From positions 1 through 37,985 of the forward strand of contig JAXLQJ010000067.1 in assembly GCA_046331705.1 (NCBI GenBank): a stretch of 37,985 bases of DNA. The letters run 5' to 3'. A program made the translations under genes and the position numbers. The notes below the pieces were generated by a model, which saw nothing but the letters and a program-made list of their open reading frames with translations, was not told the DNA's origin and searched no databases. Origin of the DNA: a bacterium. Lineage in GTDB: Bacteria; JADJOY01. The stretch's first letter is position 1. Every line of letters starts with the position of its first letter. Below are positions 35,318 through 37,985 of the stretch, one piece after another.

Positions 35318-35767
35318 TCAGGACAGGGTCCAGCAGGGTAGGCGGGTGCCGGCTTGGTCGTGAAAACGAACGGCCACCTTGCGCCCGATCGCGACACCTT
35401 CCGTCGTGCCGTCGGTCTTGAGGAGCGCGCCGGACTCGTCGACCAGGTAGCCGAGCAGCCGCACCCCCTCCACCAGCTCCACGAGCAGCACCACGAACGG
35501 GGTCTTGTCGGCGTACGCGGGCAACGTGGGCGGACGCATCACCACCCACGACGCGATGACGCCGTCGCCGCTCACCCGCGTCCACACTGGCGCGGGAGCC
35601 TGACAGGTGGAGCAGATCGGACGCGGCTGCCAGAGCCAGGCGTTGCAGCGCGCGCAGCGCTGGATGCGCAGCTCGCCGGCGCCAACACCGTCCCAGAAGG
35701 GCTGGGTGTCGGCGTCCGCCACCGGGATCGGAAAGGCGGTCTTGGGGTCGAGCACGGGCGCGCTCAC
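35318..35767 (-). CDS. DUF35 Zn-ribbon/OB-fold protein (ChsH2-C-like)
   Basis: GTG 35767. PFWDG..GELRIQRCARC..PRPICSTC, then OB fold PFVVLLVELVEGVRL. Confidence 0.88.
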   Translation of the reverse strand: MSAPVLDPKTAFPIPVADADTQPFWDGVGAGELRIQRCARCNAWLWQPRPICSTCQAPAPVWTRVSGDGVIASWVVMRPPTLPAYADKTPFVVLLVELVEGVRLLGYLVDESGALLKTDGTTEGVAIGRKVAVRFHDQAGTRLPCWTLS

Positions 35768-35771
35768 GGGC

Positions 35772-36923
35772 TCACCACGGTTCCTTCGCGAACACGAGCG
35801 CGCCGGTGGGCACGACGTTGCCGCTGGTGACCAGGCAATGGCGGACGTTCCGCGCCTGTGAGGTGGACGTGCCCCGCACCTGGCGCACGCCCTCGACCAG
35901 GAGGTTGAAGCCGTGGACGTACGCTTCGGAGATGCCGCCGCCGCTGGTGTTGTAGGGCGGGTTGCGGCACTCGGCCATGTACGCGGGCGACTCGCCCTCG
36001 CCACAGAAGCCGAACTCCTCGAACGCGATGGGAATCTGCGGCGTGAAGGCATCGTAGAACTGGCACACGTCCATGTCGGCCGCGGTGAGCCCGGTGCCCT
36101 TCCAGAGCTCGGGCGCCACCCACGCATTGGGCGTCTTGCCGAGTGTCTCGTCGTAGAAGAACGTCATCGCGGTCATCTGCGGACCGGAGCCCATGGCGAA
36201 ACCATGGACGTAGACCGGCGTCACGCCGAGATCGCGCGCGCGCTCGGCGCTGGTGAGCACCATGGCGAGCGCGCCATCGGTCTCGAGGCAGCAATCGAAG
36301 AGCCGGAGCGGATCGCAGATCATGCGCGCCGCCAGGTAATCCTCCATCGTGAGCGGCTTTTGCATCATCGCCGCCGGATTCCTGCGGGCGTGCTCGCGCT
36401 GGGTGACCGCCACGCGTCCCAGCACCTCGGGGGTCCAGCCATAGCGGTGGATCCAGTAGCGGGTGTGGAAGGCCATGCCGTCGACGGGGCGGGCGACGTG
36501 GTAGGGGCGCTCGAACTGATCTTGCCCGGTGGCCATGTATTGCTGCGACCACGGACGCACGCCCGAGCCGCGATTGCGGGCCCGCCACGTGACCACGACG
36601 TCGGCGAGGTGGTTCTCGATGGCGAGCGCCGCGTGCGCGACGGTCGGGCAGCCGGCGCCGCCGCCGTAATCGACCTCGCCGAACGCACGCAGGTTGGGCA
36701 CGCCGAGGATGCGCGCCATCTCCATCTCGGTGGTGCCTTCCCAGACGTAGCGGAACATGCCGTCCACGTCCCGCACCGTGAGGCCGGCGTCGGCGAGGGC
36801 GCCGAGGATGGCGAGCGCACCGGAATGGCGCTCGGTCATGCCGATGTTCTTGGAGAACGGCAGCGCGTGGATGCCCACCACCGCCGCTTGGCGGTGCTTC
36901 GAGACTCGAGCCGGAGCCGTCAC
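35772..36923 (-). CDS. Ltp2-like SCP2-thiolase-fold protein (putative aldolase)
   Basis: GTG 36923. YGGGAGC, DCCLETDG, FYDAFTP and NTSGGGISEAYVHG. Adjacent to DUF35. Confidence 0.85.
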   Translation of the reverse strand: MTAPARVSKHRQAAVVGIHALPFSKNIGMTERHSGALAILGALADAGLTVRDVDGMFRYVWEGTTEMEMARILGVPNLRAFGEVDYGGGAGCPTVAHAALAIENHLADVVVTWRARNRGSGVRPWSQQYMATGQDQFERPYHVARPVDGMAFHTRYWIHRYGWTPEVLGRVAVTQREHARRNPAAMMQKPLTMEDYLAARMICDPLRLFDCCLETDGALAMVLTSAERARDLGVTPVYVHGFAMGSGPQMTAMTFFYDETLGKTPNAWVAPELWKGTGLTAADMDVCQFYDAFTPQIPIAFEEFGFCGEGESPAYMAECRNPPYNTSGGGISEAYVHGFNLLVEGVRQVRGTSTSQARNVRHCLVTSGNVVPTGALVFAKEPW

Positions 36924-36997
36924 GGATTGGCGTTCCCTGGCGCTTCGGCGCGCCGCTCGAAGCGGAGCGAAATGCGCGAAGTGCCCTGTTTTTCCGC

Positions 36998-37035
36998 TTG
37001 AAACGTGGTGGACGCGCAAGATAGAACGTGTTTCA
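36998..37035. promoter_or_regulatory. KstR-type operator(s) overlapping a putative promoter in the divergent region
   Basis: TAGAACGTGTTTCA (37022-37035) fits TnnAACnnGTTnnA perfectly, and TGAAACGTGGTGGA (36999-37012) is a one-mismatch copy. Together they overlap TTGAAA-18 bp-TAGAAC. Confidence 0.7.
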
Positions 37036-37125
37036 CTTCGGGTCAAGGAAGCCCCGTTCGCGCCGCGGCGCAGTCGCGCCGGCGCGGGACCGCGTGTCGA
37101 ACGAACGAGGCGAGAGAGGCGAACG

Positions 37126-37437
37126 ATGGCGCAGCTCAAGGCAGGAACACGGCTCAAGAGCGCGGTGTGCACCACCGAGGTGATGGTGATCGCCGCGCCC
37201 AAGGACGACGTCGCGGTGACGTGCGGCGGTGCGCCGCTCCTGGCGATGGCCGACGCCAAACCCGACGGTGGCGCCGTCGCCGCCGACGCCAACGGCGGCA
37301 CGCTCCTCGGCAAGCGCTACGTGAACGCCAGCGGCGATCTCGAGCTGCTCTGCACGAAGGCGGGACAGGGCGCCCTGGGCGCCAACGGCGCGCTCTTGGT
37401 CCTCAAGGAGGCCAAGCCGCTGCCCTCGTCGGATTGA
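37126..37437 (+). CDS. Conserved small hypothetical protein (103 aa)
   Basis: ATG after GAGAGG. MAQLKAGTRLKSAVCTTEVMV..CGGAP..LGKRY..ELLCTKAGQG, with internally duplicated halves. Resembles small proteins found beside acyl-CoA synthetases. Confidence 0.75.
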   Translation: MAQLKAGTRLKSAVCTTEVMVIAAPKDDVAVTCGGAPLLAMADAKPDGGAVAADANGGTLLGKRYVNASGDLELLCTKAGQGALGANGALLVLKEAKPLPSSD

Positions 37438-37574
37438 GCGGTGGCGGACCTTATCGACGTTCGCTGCTTCGCGCGCGGGTGGGGTCTCGCCCTCGCCACC
37501 GCGTGGCCTCTGGATCGCAGTCGTAGCGACGCTGGCTTCGTTCCCCGTCGCGAAAGGCGCACGGCGTTCTTGCC

Positions 37575-37985
37575 ATGAACCTGATGATGCTCCTCGAGAT
37601 GGCGGCTTCGGGCTTCGGCGATCGCATCGCCGTGCAGAACGGAGCGACCAAGCTCAGCTACCAGCAGCTCTTCGATGCCGCCGGCAGCGCGGCGCGCATC
37701 CTGCGCGCCAGCGGCGCCGAGCGCGCCGCGGTGCTCGATGTGTCGAGCCTGGCCGTGCCGGTTGGCCTCTTCGCCAGCGCGTGGGCGGGCGTGCCCTTCG
37801 TGCCGCTCAACTACCGCCTCACGGCCGAGGAGGTCGAGAAGCTCCTCGAGCGGATCGCACCTTCGTATCTCGTGACGGAGGGCGGTCGGGTGGCGTCGCT
37901 GGCGCACGTCGCGCGCACCACCGTGGTCACGCGTGATGCGTTCCTCGACGCCGCCACCTCGGGCCAGCCCGGCGAGCCCGACTGG
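37575..37985 (+). CDS. AMP-binding acyl-CoA synthetase, N-terminal part (runs off window)
   Basis: MNLMMLLEMAASGFGDRIAV..LSYQQL..AWAGVPFVPLNYRL. Open to the window end. Confidence 0.8.
   Translation, partial: MNLMMLLEMAASGFGDRIAVQNGATKLSYQQLFDAAGSAARILRASGAERAAVLDVSSLAVPVGLFASAWAGVPFVPLNYRLTAEEVEKLLERIAPSYLVTEGGRVASLAHVARTTVVTRDAFLDAATSGQPGEPDW

Overview
A high-GC (about 70% by eye) Gram-negative chromosomal window, plausibly Myxococcota or Binatia-like (inferred from the TIGR04551-like barrel and gene style), densely coding with about 27 CDS. Lipid and sterol scavenging dominates: three FadL/OmpP1-type porins, another outer-membrane beta-barrel, a 1065-aa VolA/Pla-1-like lipase lipoprotein, an orphan lipase-foldase-like protein, two beta-propeller lipoproteins and acetoacetyl-CoA synthetase. 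The right end holds a steroid-side-chain-type cluster (acyl-CoA dehydrogenase, DUF35 OB-fold, Ltp2-like aldolase, acyl-CoA synthetase) whose divergent promoter carries a KstR-type operator. Also present are a KamA aminomutase beside a tandem double ATP-grasp ligase, a RibBA homologue with both active sites degenerate, a TIR-CHAT-STAND-TPR (NLR-like) protein with apparently dead effector domains, a 7TMR-DISM diguanylate cyclase, and a complete 1362-bp IS1202-family element with 17-bp target duplications inserted directly upstream of a fadL promoter. No rRNA, tRNA or CRISPR array was seen. All family calls come from motif recognition, not database searches.
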